DNA of 63,965 nucleotides, counting the filler, from Octopus bimaculoides (lineage: Eukaryota), in the NCBI RefSeq assembly GCF_001194135.2. It is 8 parts of 5 records of this genome, joined end to end, with 100 filler letters (N's around TTAATTAATTAA, not from the genome) between each part and the next. Parts side by side here need not be neighbours in the genome. Positions count along the whole stretch, not along the records: positions 1 to 21,243 come from NC_068982.1; 7 more parts are not named here. One strand, given 5' to 3'. The notes below the pieces were generated by a model, which worked only from the letters and a program-made list of their open reading frames with translations, did not search any database and was not told the origin of the DNA. Positions 1 through 12,543 of the stretch are shown in pieces (positions within the stretch are counted from its first letter, which is position 1; every line of letters begins with the position of its first letter). A program made the translations under genes and the position numbers.

Positions 1-844
1 GAGAGAGTGAGAGAGAGAGACAGAGAGAAACAGAGAGATGTTGCACATAAACAGCATTCTTAGTCTCACATTTTACACTTATAACCAAAGCCGTATTGTC
101 AAATTGCGTTTGCAGCTATAGTGATTATATGAAAATTATCGGACAATTAATGAAGCAACTACTTTCCTTTATTAGAGACTAGATTAAAAGCCGCACTCCA
201 TGGACTGGTTCCTTGGAAGGGCTCATCGGGCCTGTGGCACAAAACTAAAGAGAGCTAAATGGCATAACAATAGTGTGTCTATAATGATTATACGCCACGC
301 TTGTGTTTGATCAGACGTTAAAGGATGGATGAGAATTAATTCTCTAATGCAATCATTCTATTGTTCCAGTCTCAGGTTGAATTCCAACTGTTGGCCAATT
401 TGTCCCGACGTTCGGATCGAGACGTAAAATTAACGAAGCGAATGTCATTTATTTCCCCTTCATCTCTGATGTCATCTGAGAAACGCCAAACAAGATGGCG
501 TGAAAAAGCTAAACTTTACCTGGTAGAAGTTACAACCCAAATGCTTTTGAATCAGATCCAAATACTGAATGTTCAAGAACCAAATGAAGGGCAGATTTTC
601 AATCCCGAGATCATTCTCATTCCAAAAAGTTATAATTAAGTCTATGTAGAACAAATGTAGACTGAGATAGAGGGGGCGCAAACAAACAGAATTTTGCCTT
701 TATTATAATCGATATATCAAGAAAATATCAGCCATTTTAATAGCAGTAAACTTGTGTTTTATTTAAACACTTACCGATTTATAACCCTAATCTCTACATC
801 TACATGTGGATTATGTTGAGTAACCATTATTCATGTTTATAAGA

Positions 845-1039
845 CAGTGAGCGGCAGATTCGTTAGCACGCCGGCAGCATTTCGTCCACTTTTGCAATCT
901 GAGTTCAAATTCCACCGCGAACGACGGTTCCCTTGATCCTTTTGTTGTTGATAATATAAATACCAGTCTAACTTTGGGGTGAATATGATCGACTACTGAC
1001 TCCAACAAATTTTATACTTTTCTTTTATAGTAGAAAGGA
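845..1039 (+). mobile_element. SINE family A copy (gagctggcagaatcgttagcacgccgg...gtcgataaaataagtacc...ggggtcgatgtaatcgac)
   Basis: tRNA-like head with B-box GAGTTCAAATTCC. The same ~200-bp unit recurs many times in the window. Confidence 0.85.
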
Positions 1040-1650
1040 ATATTTCATGTATGATTTTTATTTACCCATCCTCACTATCATATCTCCTAACAGTTACACG
1101 ATTGTTTACAATGAAATAATATTGTGTGTGAATATATCGAAAGTGAAGTATCGTTTCTGGTTGGAACCTCCAGGTTTCCTGTCCTGAAATTGCCTGGCTA
1201 AGAGTTCATACGGTTGGAGGAACGATACCGGACACCTTGTAACTATGTTATGGTACCAACCAGCATGTTACAGAGGGTGTTTAAGAACTCAAAGGTGCAT
1301 AAAACGGCAGACCCACACAATTGTGTCCCCGACTTTGTTTCCTGACAACTTCATGAAAAATGTGTATAATTTTAATAAAATTTTCTATAGATACATCTCA
1401 GATGGTATAGATTACGATTGTATCGGAATTTAATATGAAAAAAAAACAAGGAGAAAAAATTCGCGAAATTACACACATATATACTGACACACAACGTATA
1501 TATATCCAGAAAATGGAACTTGAAATTTTGAAAATAAATTGGGATGTATGTCAGTACATATGTGTGCGCGACCTGTATTTTTTTCGCATTAAATTCCGAT
1601 ATAGTCGTAAAGTATGCTAACGGTGAGATATTTGTAGAATATTTCCTTAA

Positions 1651-1860
1651 CCCATTACCTACCAGTGATTACTTAAAAATTACAAATTTCATAATTATCT
1701 GTCAATATTTACACATATCTAACCTTTTTGCTATATCTACTAGGTATATTTCTCTGATATTCAAATGAGGTTTGCTAATTTTTCACTCAATATCTCGCTT
1801 ATTTCTATCTAAAAAGTTATTTTGATCATTCCAGTTAATAGAATTATGAGAGGTAATGGG
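1651..1860. mobile_element. piggyBac-type non-autonomous element (MITE), 210 bp
   Basis: TTAA|CCCATTACCT ... AGGTAATGGG|TTAA: perfect 10-bp TIR starting CCC, with TTAA on both sides (1647-50, 1861-64). Confidence 0.85.
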
Positions 1861-2321
1861 TTAAACGATATCCATTTTTTCTGAAAGTTGTGAGGAAACT
1901 ATTGTGTGGAGGGCACACCTGTGAGGGTCTGCTCAAAATATCCCCACAAACACCAAAAACAAGGTGAAGATGACTCTGACTTCACTCTAGTCTTCAGGTG
2001 TCCGGGTACGTCCCCCGACGCACACATTCCCTAGCCTCTAATCACCGCGAAAGGTTGAAAGAGACTGAATATTATTAGAAACGAAGGTGTTGGAGAAAAC
2101 GTTTCCGATATTGTGACGTCATAATGACAATATGAAGAAATAAAGAAATATGTGAACTAGACGAGAAATTCATGAATGAATTTCACACAAAGACGCTAGA
2201 CGCGCACGCACGCAATAGCACACACACATCTACACAAACAAATATTTATATATATGATACATGCATTTACATAAATGTGTGTGTATTTGTGTTTATGTGT
2301 GTGTGCGTGTGTTTGTGTGGA

Positions 2322-2353
<32 letters not shown>

Positions 2354-2375
2354 TGTGTGTGTGTGCAGATATATA

Positions 2376-2820
2376 GGTGGTGAGCTGGCAGAATCGTTCG
2401 CACGCCGGCCAAAATGCTTAGCAGCATTTCGTCCGTCTTCATATTGTGAGTTCAAATTCCGCCGAGGTCTAAATTTTTTTTCATCATTTCCGGGTCGATA
2501 AAATAAATACCAATTGTGCACTGTGGTCGATGTAATGGACTTGCCCCCTCCCCGGCAATTATTGGCCATCTGTCAACATTTGAAATCAATATATACAGAC
2601 TTAGAGACAGCGAGCTGGCAAGATGTTTAGCATGCCGGGTAAAATGCCTGAGGGTATTTCGTTCGTCTTTACCTTCTGAGTTCAAACGCTGCCGGGATCG
2701 ACTTTGTCTTTCATCCTTTCAGGGTCAATAACGTAAGTCCCAGTTGAACACTTGAGTCGATGAAAGCGAGAATGTCCTTCTACCGAAACCGTGGGCCCTG
2801 TGCCAAAATTTGAAACCAAT
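2376..2820 (+). mobile_element. Two tandem SINE family A copies
   Basis: Units at about 2376-2590 and 2607-2820, same orientation. Confidence 0.85.
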
Positions 2821-2879
2821 AAATACAGGTGTTTGTGTTTTTATGTGTAGATTATTTGTGTATGTAAATCTCGACTCAT

Positions 2880-3365
2880 CTTTTTCACCCGCTGGAAGAG
2901 TTATGGGGTAGAATCCTTGAGCACGGCTTCCATCGGATTCCGTCAGTAGCTACCGTGTCCAGTAGAACCTGCTGGAACTCCCAACGAGATAAACCGTGCG
3001 CATGGATGTTATCCAAGCAACCTCCTTATGGTCTACCCCTGGGATTCCTCACGTTTTCATATTTTGCCCATAAGACTTGTCTATCGATTCTTTCCTGAGG
3101 CATTCTTACCACATTTCCTTAGAATCGGAGCTATGATCTCCAGATTCGAAGAAGTAGAGGGTCTACCTGGAACATTTCTCTGATGTCCAGGCTACGCACT
3201 CAACAGAGTAACGTAACTCTAAAAACTATTCGGAAGAACCCCATTTCGGCCGTTTATATTTGCGATCGTATTCTTTCTGTTATTAACTATGAGGATCAAA
3301 ACTGCTCCCGTTTATTCTACTTCTTACTTGATTATGCAGAAATGGAGATCTTACATTGCCGTTAA
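2880..3365 (-). mobile_element. RTE-like LINE 3' fragment, degraded
   Basis: Minus-strand translation with stops gives DPLLLRIW...GNVVRMPQERIDRQVLWAK...RNPRGRP, matching the post-RT GHVxRM...RGRP motif of RTE-type LINEs. Confidence 0.7.
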
Positions 3366-4089
3366 TATTTATTACACTAAGCACCACAAGCGTTCGCCGT
3401 CTTTGATTATAGAAGGTATTTATTTATTTATAATCAAAAATGATCGTGACAATAATTGATTACGCAGCACCTCTAAAAACGATGAGGTCACATGATGGTG
3501 TGCTGAGAACTGCGACTACAGCTCTCCATATATTTGCTACGGCTGTGGCGGTACTTCATTGTTGCTGTTATGCTGAATACCACAATAGAAAAAGAAAAGG
3601 AAAGCCTCAAACTATTTGATCCACCACATACGATAGCCTTCCGAGGTTATCTTAAATTACAAGAAGGAGTTGCGCACTCCTTCTGATATCGCAAGGTTAT
3701 TTCAAAATATATTTGTCGCGCACCATCTCTTGTAACTTAGATGAGGGGTATGATTTCATTTTTAGTTTGACGCCATGCTTTGTGTTTATTCCGCGCACAT
3801 TATCACGTACAAACTGTACTGGGAACCAATGTATTTTTGTTGACAGAACTATTCATATTGAATCAGTTTTCTGTATCTTCTATTAGGGGAGAAATAAATG
3901 TGGCCATCAAACCCACTCACTAGGCTTTGGTGAACCCGGGACTATAGTAGAAGATACTTGCAGAAGGTGCCACTCAGTGAGACTGAACCCGGAATCATGT
4001 GGGCTCTTTGTCGATGTGTGCGTATGCAATGATCAAGAAAAGTTGTTATGATTTAAATGAGAGGATAAAAGATAAAAGATAAATATGCC

Positions 4090-4200
4090 TTCTTTCAGTA
4101 ATAATACAATCTCTGCTTGAGTTTAATTTCAAGATGGTGGCCCATGAGGAAGTCTGGTCAGCTATGGCTTTGACTATGCTCACTGGAACAGCAAGATAAA
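4090..4200 (-). mobile_element. Short RT fragment of the R4/Dong-like element, inverted relative to 5975-6080
   Basis: VPVSIVKAIADQTSSWATILKLNSSRDCIIT is near-identical at DNA level to plus-strand 5975-6075 (gttccagtgagcatagtcaaagcc...). Confidence 0.8.
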
Positions 4201-4641
4201 AGATAAATCTCGTAACCCGTACTCTGTCGGTTACGATGATGAGTGTTCCAGTTGGTTCGATCAACGAAGCAGCCTGCTCGTGAAATTAACGTGCAAGTGA
4301 CTGAGCACTCCTCAGACACACATACCCTTAATGTAGTTCTTATGGAGATTTAGCATGACACAGAATGTGACAAGGCTGGCCGTTTGAATTACAGGTACTA
4401 CTCGTTCCGTTTCAGCATTCGTATCTATTTATATAATTGTCTTTTTAACATTTTTGAAGGAGTTGAATTTTGAATGCCACATGCATCAAGTTCTTTATTT
4501 CAAATATGGATTTCTTAGTCATGTGATTACGTCTAACTAGATCTCAGTTATACATACATACATACATACATACATACATACATACTATCTCCCTTCTATT
4601 AACTACCTGCTGGGAGACGATTAATACAAGGTATTACGCGG

Positions 4642-4673
<32 letters not shown>

Positions 4674-5171
4674 AAATGTGTGTGTGTGTGTGTGTGGGTT
4701 GTGTGTGGGCGGGTGAGTGTATAGAACAGCTCACGATTCCAACTCCCACATCAACAGCAGTTGTAACGACAACCACACCAGCAAGAACTTCTAATCCACT
4801 ATGCTACAATACACTCTGTGATGTAAAGGAAGAAAAAAGACAGAAGCAAAGAGAGAATCACGGTAGTCTTACCTGCTTGTCCAGAAAAAGGGTCACTTTC
4901 AACATCCACATGCTGTCTCGATCTCCAAGGTTCACTCCACGTCCACGTGCGCTATCCGTTGCAGTACCGACTCATAAGTCCGCTCCGATGTGCTGTTCGC
5001 CGCCGAATGACTCCCGTGCTTCACTGAATGCCGCATGTTCACCGAGGCACTTCCGGTGGGATCCACAGGCCCACTTCCGACAGGACATGCCTACCCCCTC
5101 ACTTCCGAACCTTCCCTACAACACAGCCTGGCTCATAACACCACGCACTCAACCATTATTACTGCAATCAT

Positions 5172-5228
<57 letters not shown>

Positions 5229-5589
5229 TAATAATCGTTGTGGTTGTGCCTGCTATTTATCATAGTTGTAGTAGGGGAATAATGGTCAATTATTTTAGCC
5301 AGTAATGTAGTTTGGCTGGCAGAATCTGTTGGAATGTCCCTAACTGCGAAACCACGTAGTGTTCTCACATAATTCACGTTTTCGTTTTCGTTTATAGAGT
5401 TGGTAAGACGATTGATTTCAGATATGTTTTTAATAAAGTTACAGTCACTAATCTTCTTATGTTCCAAATATGTTGCTTGTTGGTGTAATTGCTTCACAGT
5501 AAAATGATTTAATTCTGGATGCAGATCGTCCCAATTGGTACAAGAAGCTAACCTTCTACCGACCATATCTTATCAACCGGTACCAGTAA

Positions 5590-7200
5590 GCTCTCAATGG
5601 GAACACTAGCATACCACACTGGTTAGCTCTGGCAGTGACAAAATTGATCCCCAAATGCAGAACCACCCACATGGCAAAAAACTACCGGCCTAATGTATGC
5701 CAGAACTTAATGTATAAGATATCTATAGCATGTTTAAACCTCTTCCTCCAAGACTATTGTGAAAGCAATAACATCATCACAACAGAACAAACAGCTGGGA
5801 AGAAGGGGGTCTGGGGATGTGCCGAGCAATTGTTAATCAACAAACATGTGATGTCAGAGGTGCGGGAGCATACAAGGAAATTAATTTCAATGTGACTAGA
5901 CTGCAAAAAAGCCTTTGGCTCTGTTCCCCACTCATAGATATCATGGATATTAGAACCTCTTCAACTTGGTAAAGTTCCAGTGAGCATAGTCAAAGCCGTA
6001 GCTGACCGGACTTCATCATATGGGCCACCATCTTGAAATTAAACTCGAGTGACTGTATTATCACTGATAGAATACAGTATCGTAGAGACATATTCCAAGG
6101 AGACAGCCTCTCTGTGATGTTGTTTATACTTTCTGTAAACCCCTTGTCATTGATGTTAAGGAAGTCTGAAGGATATCTCACTGGTTCACAAGGAAACAGA
6201 AATACCAAAATTACACACTGTTTCTTTGTGGACGACTTGAAACTTTATGCAAAGAATATGCATGAGATGAAAAAGAACCTTAACCTAGTTACAACATTCT
6301 CAAAGGATATAGGGTTGAAGCTTTGTTAGGACGAATGTTGTTATACGATTGGGAAAAGAGGGAAAACTGTAAACCAGACTAGCAACATCTCCTTCAATGC
6401 CTCGACTCTTTTCCCTATATCTGATGAGGAATGTTATAGGTGTCTAGGGGTGGATGAAAACATATCTTGCAATGGCACCTGTAATAAAACACCTGTCATA
6501 AAAGAATATTATAGCCGAATAAAGAAAAGTTGGACCTCGGAACTCTCTGGATACCTGATTGGATGTTTGATGAGATCTGAGGTATTGATGTGAAAACCTG
6601 GAAAATACTAACAAGCACACATAATTTCCACATCAACAATGCCGTAGACCGTCTCCACCTAAAACCATAACAAGGCGGTAGAGACTTAACATTAATCCAG
6701 AATGCCTTTGAATGTCGTATCATATCCCTTCGACAGCATCTTTTAACCATCAAATGTCGAAGTGCATCGCTTGACCAAGTTTGCATACATGAGGCTGATA
6801 ATATCATAAGACTTGGAAGGCAGCCCCTTGAGCAGCATTCCTTGTCTGATAAACTTAAATACATACCCAAAGAAATCACACGACTCTACCACAATGAATC
6901 ATCAGATGAAAGAATGAGCGTATATGAGCAGAGGACCATGCATGGATATGTTAATAGAAAACTCCGAGATAATAGTAACATTGATCATCAAAGCAGCTTA
7001 TCATGGGCCAACAACCGGATTACTAACTCCCACTTTGAAGGGTATGCGTTTGCAATCCAGGAACAGGAAATATCAACCAAATACCTGATGCACAAAAGAG
7101 ACAGGGATGCAGGGAAAAGAGTAAAATGTGATAATCGATGCAGACTCTGTGGAGTTAACACCGAAGATATCACCCTCACCATAAGCAGTTGTCCAAAAAT
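5590..7200 (+). mobile_element. R4/Dong-like non-LTR retrotransposon, RT plus C-terminal Zn-knuckle, pseudogenised
   Basis: Across frameshifts: KLIPK...KNYRP, LDCKKAFGSVPHS, IFQGDSLS, FVDDLKLY, FAIQEQEI, CRLCGVNTEDITLTISSCPK. Confidence 0.9.
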
Positions 7201-7785
7201 ATACCTTGGTAATTTTGTGTGTCTTCAGTAAAAATAGAAGAGAAACGGCTACGCCACTTCAAGAAGAACACTGATGCTACAAAAAACAAAACAAAACAAA
7301 AACAAAAACGTATATTGTCCGAAGATGGAAATTCTCAACTGATAGAGTTCAGGCAAAAGCCTTTTGACGCTTTTACATATTAACTGGACTGGTAAAGACA
7401 TTTTGACAATCAAAGTTTAACATGCAGTCATCCAAAATACATGGTCTGAATGCTAGACGATGACTGTTACATTCGCACACTAGAAGTTGCCCCAACAATG
7501 CTGCTTTTATAAAATCCTGTGCGTAAACGAATCACAAACTTGCAGATCTTGGAATAAGGCTGGTTGAACATATTATGATGAAGCACCAGTTAAAATATTT
7601 CATAAAGTGTAGTAGATATACTAAATTTTCTAATTATCTCACAAACTGTAGTGTGTTAATAATTTACTAGCGGTTGTCAAATTAACGCCAACATACAAGT
7701 TGTTAAGTACTTCGCCTCTGTGACTGAAACGCATTTTCCTTTTAGAATATTTTTCAAATATAAATTACATAGGAAAGAAAAGAAA

Positions 7786-7841
7786 GAAAAATGAATGAAA
7801 AAGAAAAATGAATGAAAAAGAAAAATGAATGAAAAAGAAAA
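7786..7841. repeat. 16-bp tandem repeat (aaaatgaatgaaaaag) x3
   Basis: Read directly from the sequence. Confidence 0.85.
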
Positions 7842-8229
7842 AAAGAATAGGAATTAAATTTTGGAGAAGCAAAGTGAAAAAAAGGTATCAATTTAAAAAA
7901 GTTTATTCAAGCATTTTATAATTACAAATTTATTAAATATATCTTTGAACTCATGTGAAAACTTGCACATACTTTACATATAGATTTTATATAACCAATA
8001 CACAAATATTACACACACAGCCATACATATTATATAACGGTTCAAATGTTACCTATTTCAGATAACATTTTGTTTTGTTTTCTAAATATTCACAGTTTAA
8101 ATAGTTTCTGTATCATAACGTATTTTATAACTATATTTTATAAGTTACCAACACTTGACTTATTTTTGTCATTGCTATTTTAAGATGAGTAACCTCAGAA
8201 TGAAGAAATCAAATTAAGATATATAGACA

Positions 8230-8450
8230 CAAATATCGGTTTCAAATTTTGACAGAGGGCCAGTAATTTCATGGGAGGAAGTAAGTCAAATACATCGACC
8301 CCAGTGTTCAACTGATACTTATTTTATCAGCTCCAAAAGGATGAAAGGCTAAGTTGACCTCGGCAGAATTTGAACTTTGAACGTGAATACAGACAAAATG
8401 TCATGAAGCATTTTGCCCAGTGTGCTAACGATTCTGCCAGTTCGCCGCAT
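8230..8450 (-). mobile_element. SINE family A copy
   Basis: Reverse-complement match (atcgaccccagt...gatgaaaggc...gacctcggcagaatttgaact...ctaacgattctgccagttcgcc). Confidence 0.85.
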
Positions 8451-8679
8451 TTCTAGAAAAATACTACAAATTAGAATTCATGAAATAATATATTTGTATA
8501 TTATAAACGAAAAAAAATTTCAGTTAAGTAAATATGCGGTTTGTTCTTTCTATAAGATTGTTGAACTAGATTACTGAAAGTTGACTTGAAATTAAAACTA
8601 TTTTCATGTCAATTTCTGTTCAGAAATATGTAACTTCCTATTATTTGAACTACACACTGAGCAGTTTGTTACTGATACA

Positions 8680-8845
8680 CAGGGCCAGCTCAAGGTACCG
8701 GCAACTCGGGCAGTCGTCTGGGGCGCTATGTACTAGGGAGCGCCGAGGAGAGCGTGACAAAGACAAGGAAATTTACACGACCGTCACCTTGCACACGCCG
8801 AAGTTCAGCTTGCCCGGGGCGCCAGCAACCCTAGGGCCAGCCCTG
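8680..8845. mobile_element. hAT-type non-autonomous element (MITE), 166 bp
   Basis: Termini CAGGGCCAGCTCAAGG / CCCTAGGGCCAGCCCTG form an imperfect TIR. Flanks CTGATACA (8672-79) and CTGACACA (8846-53) match 7/8, consistent with an 8-bp TSD. Confidence 0.8.
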
Positions 8846-9867
8846 CTGACACACATTAGTCTGAAAAGGATGATACAATAAGTGTGCCCAACAAAAAATA
8901 AGTACATAATGAATAGTTTACTTTTAAACGTGGACTCTCGTGGACTCTCCTGTCGTAGACAACAGATGAGGGTCCAGCAATTTCTTGCTGAACAACTTGC
9001 ACAGATGATTTGTTTATAGCGATAAAATGCATGTGCTACACATTTACACATTAACGTACTCCCTCCATTAAATCGACATTACCAGTACAGATGCACACGC
9101 CAGCTGTCGAAGTGGTCTCAGAGTAACTTGAAATATAGCGTTTTGCTCAAGAGTACAACTCACCGCTCGGTCCGGGACTGGAAACAATGATCTCACGATT
9201 GTGAGTGCAACATCCCAGCCACAACATAACTGACATAGCGTACATGTTTGAATCAGTAAACTGGCAGACAAAATCCCTTGTTGCATTTAATTACGTTTCT
9301 TGACGTTCTGAGTTTAAATCCTCCTTCAATTTCTTTCACCCTTTTGGTGTCGATAAAATAAATACTAGTCAAGTACTAGGTCAATTAAATCGACAATGTC
9401 TTTCTCCAAAATTTATGGTCTCGTATCGCTGTTAAAAATCCGTATTATTATGTCTACAATGGGGTGATATTTTCATAAGCTCCATTTAGGTTCCACAAGC
9501 GTTCTTTCGTATTTCTCACGTTGATCGATCAATCAAATGATTTCCAGTGAAGAAATGCGGATCCATCCTCTGCATGAGACTGAATTTAAATATTCAGCCT
9601 CGTTCTAAATTTACTAATGAAGAGACACATCAAATGTTTTAATCTGCTTAAGAACATATAATTTTATTGGAATGGTTACTTTAATGTATATCATTATTAG
9701 TAAGAGATATTCAAGACTCTACCACTTTGGGGATTTATTGATTCGTTACGAAAAAAGAAACCTCCATTATATTTGCACGAAAAAATTATTTTCGCTTTTA
9801 AATATCGAATACGAAATCACAATGAATAGTTAAAAAATGTTTCCATCAAAACTTGTTCTATAAATAT

Positions 9868-9947
<80 letters not shown>

Positions 9948-10670
9948 TATACATAGTAAATATATATATATATATATTACACGCACACACACTCTGATTA
10001 CAAAATTATAAATTTAGAACTATGAATTACAGACAAATGATATTTGTTTCCGATAGAATTAAACCTTCTTAGAAAGGAAGGCTGATTTTTCAGCTGTCGG
10101 AAGTGTTTAACAAGAAAATGTATAGCTAGAAGTTCTCTGCTTTGAAGATGCAAACATATTCTGTCTAATCGAAATAATTTTTGCATCTTCGAAGCAAAAG
10201 AGCTCTAGTTTTACATTTTCTTGTCAAACATGCCCCACAATCGCATGATCACTCTTCCTTGTAAGGAGCTTTAATTTTGCATGAAACCAATTGGTAACAT
10301 TGTCTGTCTGTAATACAAGGATCTTTATATTAAAGTTACATACTCTGTTACATATACGGTGCAAGCTCATTTTTCTGATTTACGAATCGGACATTATATA
10401 TAATATTTATATATATCACAATCTTCTGATAAATTAAAGTTTATAAAATACATACACTGTCGTTTAGCACATTCACATTGTAATGGTAATACGGAAGAAG
10501 AAAGTCTCGTATAATTTTATTTAAAAAATATATAAACTAATGAAAAAGTAGTAAAAAGAGCGTTACATTTTCTCTGGATAATTATTGAAACAGTTTAATT
10601 TGTTACTGATGTAAATGTACCCTAGCCGGCAGGGTATGCTGTCTTAGATAGTTTTTATAACTTATAGATA

Positions 10671-10712
<42 letters not shown>

Positions 10713-12360
10713 NNNNNNNNNNNNNNNNNNNNNNNNNNNNNNNNNNNNNNNNNNNNNNNNNNNNNNNNNNNNNNNNNNNNNNNNNNNNNNNNNNNNNNNN
10801 NNNNNNNNNNNNNNNNNNNNNNNNNNNNNNNNNNNNNNNNNNNNNNNNNNNNNNNNNNNNNNNNNNNNNNNNNNNNNNNNNNNNNNNNNNNNNNNNNNNN
10901 NNNNNNNNNNNNNNNNNNNNNNNNNNNNNNNNNNNNNNNNNNNNNNNNNNNNNNNNNNNNNNNNNNNNNNNNNNNNNNNNNNNNNNNNNNNNNNNNNNNN
11001 NNNNNNNNNNNNNNNNNNNNNNNNNNNNNNNNNNNNNNNNNNNNNNNNNNNNNNNNNNNNNNNNNNNNNNNNNNNNNNNNNNNNNNNNNNNNNNNNNNNN
11101 NNNNNNNNNNNNNNNNNNNNNNNNNNNNNNNNNNNNNNNNNNNNNNNNNNNNNNNNNNNNNNNNNNNNNNNNNNNNTATATATATATATAAATAGATAGA
11201 TAGATAGATAGATAGTGAGAGAGAGAGAGAGGGAGAGAGATAGAGAGAGGGAGAGAGAGAGAGAGAAGGAAGGATGGAGAGATGAAAAATAGAAAGTAGA
11301 GAAAATTCATTTATAAAGATAATTAGAGGATGAAATGCAGAACGGTTGGGATTTTTAAAAAAATAGAGTTCAAGAGACTTAAGTTATAGAAAGAAGGAAA
11401 AAAATTGGAATGCAAATAATGAATAATCATTCTTTGAACATATTCTATTCACTAAATTATTAAGAATACTTAAATTTAGGAATGCATTTGAAAATCACAC
11501 ATATGCGTATTCATACACGCTCATGCCCACGTATAAATATAAAATCATTTTTTTTTGTACTGTTGAATTCTTATATCGTCAAAGACGTGCACATATACAA
11601 ATTGAAAGCCTGATTACTGTAAGAACAAAAATGCATGTTTGTGTTGATAGATCAAACTAAAATCTTTGATGTTAGTTTGATTAATTATCTACCAACACTC
11701 CACTGGTTTCGTAATATTTACATGTGTCTCACACAGTGAAATAATTCCAACTTATGCTTAAAATGCTTTAAGTGGCAGCTTCATTATATTTGCCATCTCT
11801 TGATTATTTAAGAATAAATATATTTTTGCGCTGTCTGTAACACATCGACTTTAGTTATGTGCAATGTGTGTGTACAATATATATAGCATTTCAAGTATTT
11901 TTTTAATACAACGATATGGTGCATATTTGATATAATTTTTTAAAAACGTTGTACTATTTCATTTTTACAAAATACACTTCAAGTAACAATTTTTTTCGAT
12001 TAGAAATCGATAAGTCTTCATTAAACTTCAATAATATTTTTTTATCACAATATTTCAATCACCGTCCATCCAATTTTTTGCATTATTTTCTTTTGAAAAT
12101 TTTCATTTCAATTTTAACTGATTGTTTTTGTTGTTTACTGTCTCTTTGTCCCCAAAGAGCAATATGTAAACTGCAGTTGTTCGTGAAAGATTTCAATCAC
12201 CACAACATATACATATATATACGCTTATTGTCATATAAATATATCTTTGATACAACAGTGGTAGTATTTGGTTTGTTACATGTTAACACTACTGTATTCA
12301 ATGTTTTACTTTAATCTGTTTTAAATTTCATAAGTCGCTATGTTCTAGAAATACCGGTGT

Positions 12361-12543
12361 CTAACTGTAGCGCCACCAGTGATAGTAATCAATGTTACCA
12401 TGTATCCAGTCCAAGTAACTTTGTACGCGAGTAAATACGTTGGGGAAACCTCTTGCTGAACAGTTGTTGATGAGCCAGGACATGACACCGCCGAGATAGT
12501 AAGTTCCATTCACTTCACACATTAAAGGACCACCAGAATCGCC
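12361..12543 (-). CDS. S1A serine protease, last coding exon with catalytic Ser195 (GDSGGPLMCEVNGTYYLGGVMSWLINNCSARGFPNVFTRVQSYLDWIHGNIDYYHWWRYS*)
   Basis: Hallmark GDSGGP and PxVFTRVxxYLDWI motifs. Acceptor TTTCAG| at 12545-44, stop TAG at 12363-61. The three exons splice into 166 aa in frame. Confidence 0.97.
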   Translation of the reverse strand, partial: GDSGGPLMCEVNGTYYLGGVMSWLINNCSARGFPNVFTRVQSYLDWIHGNIDYYHWWRYS

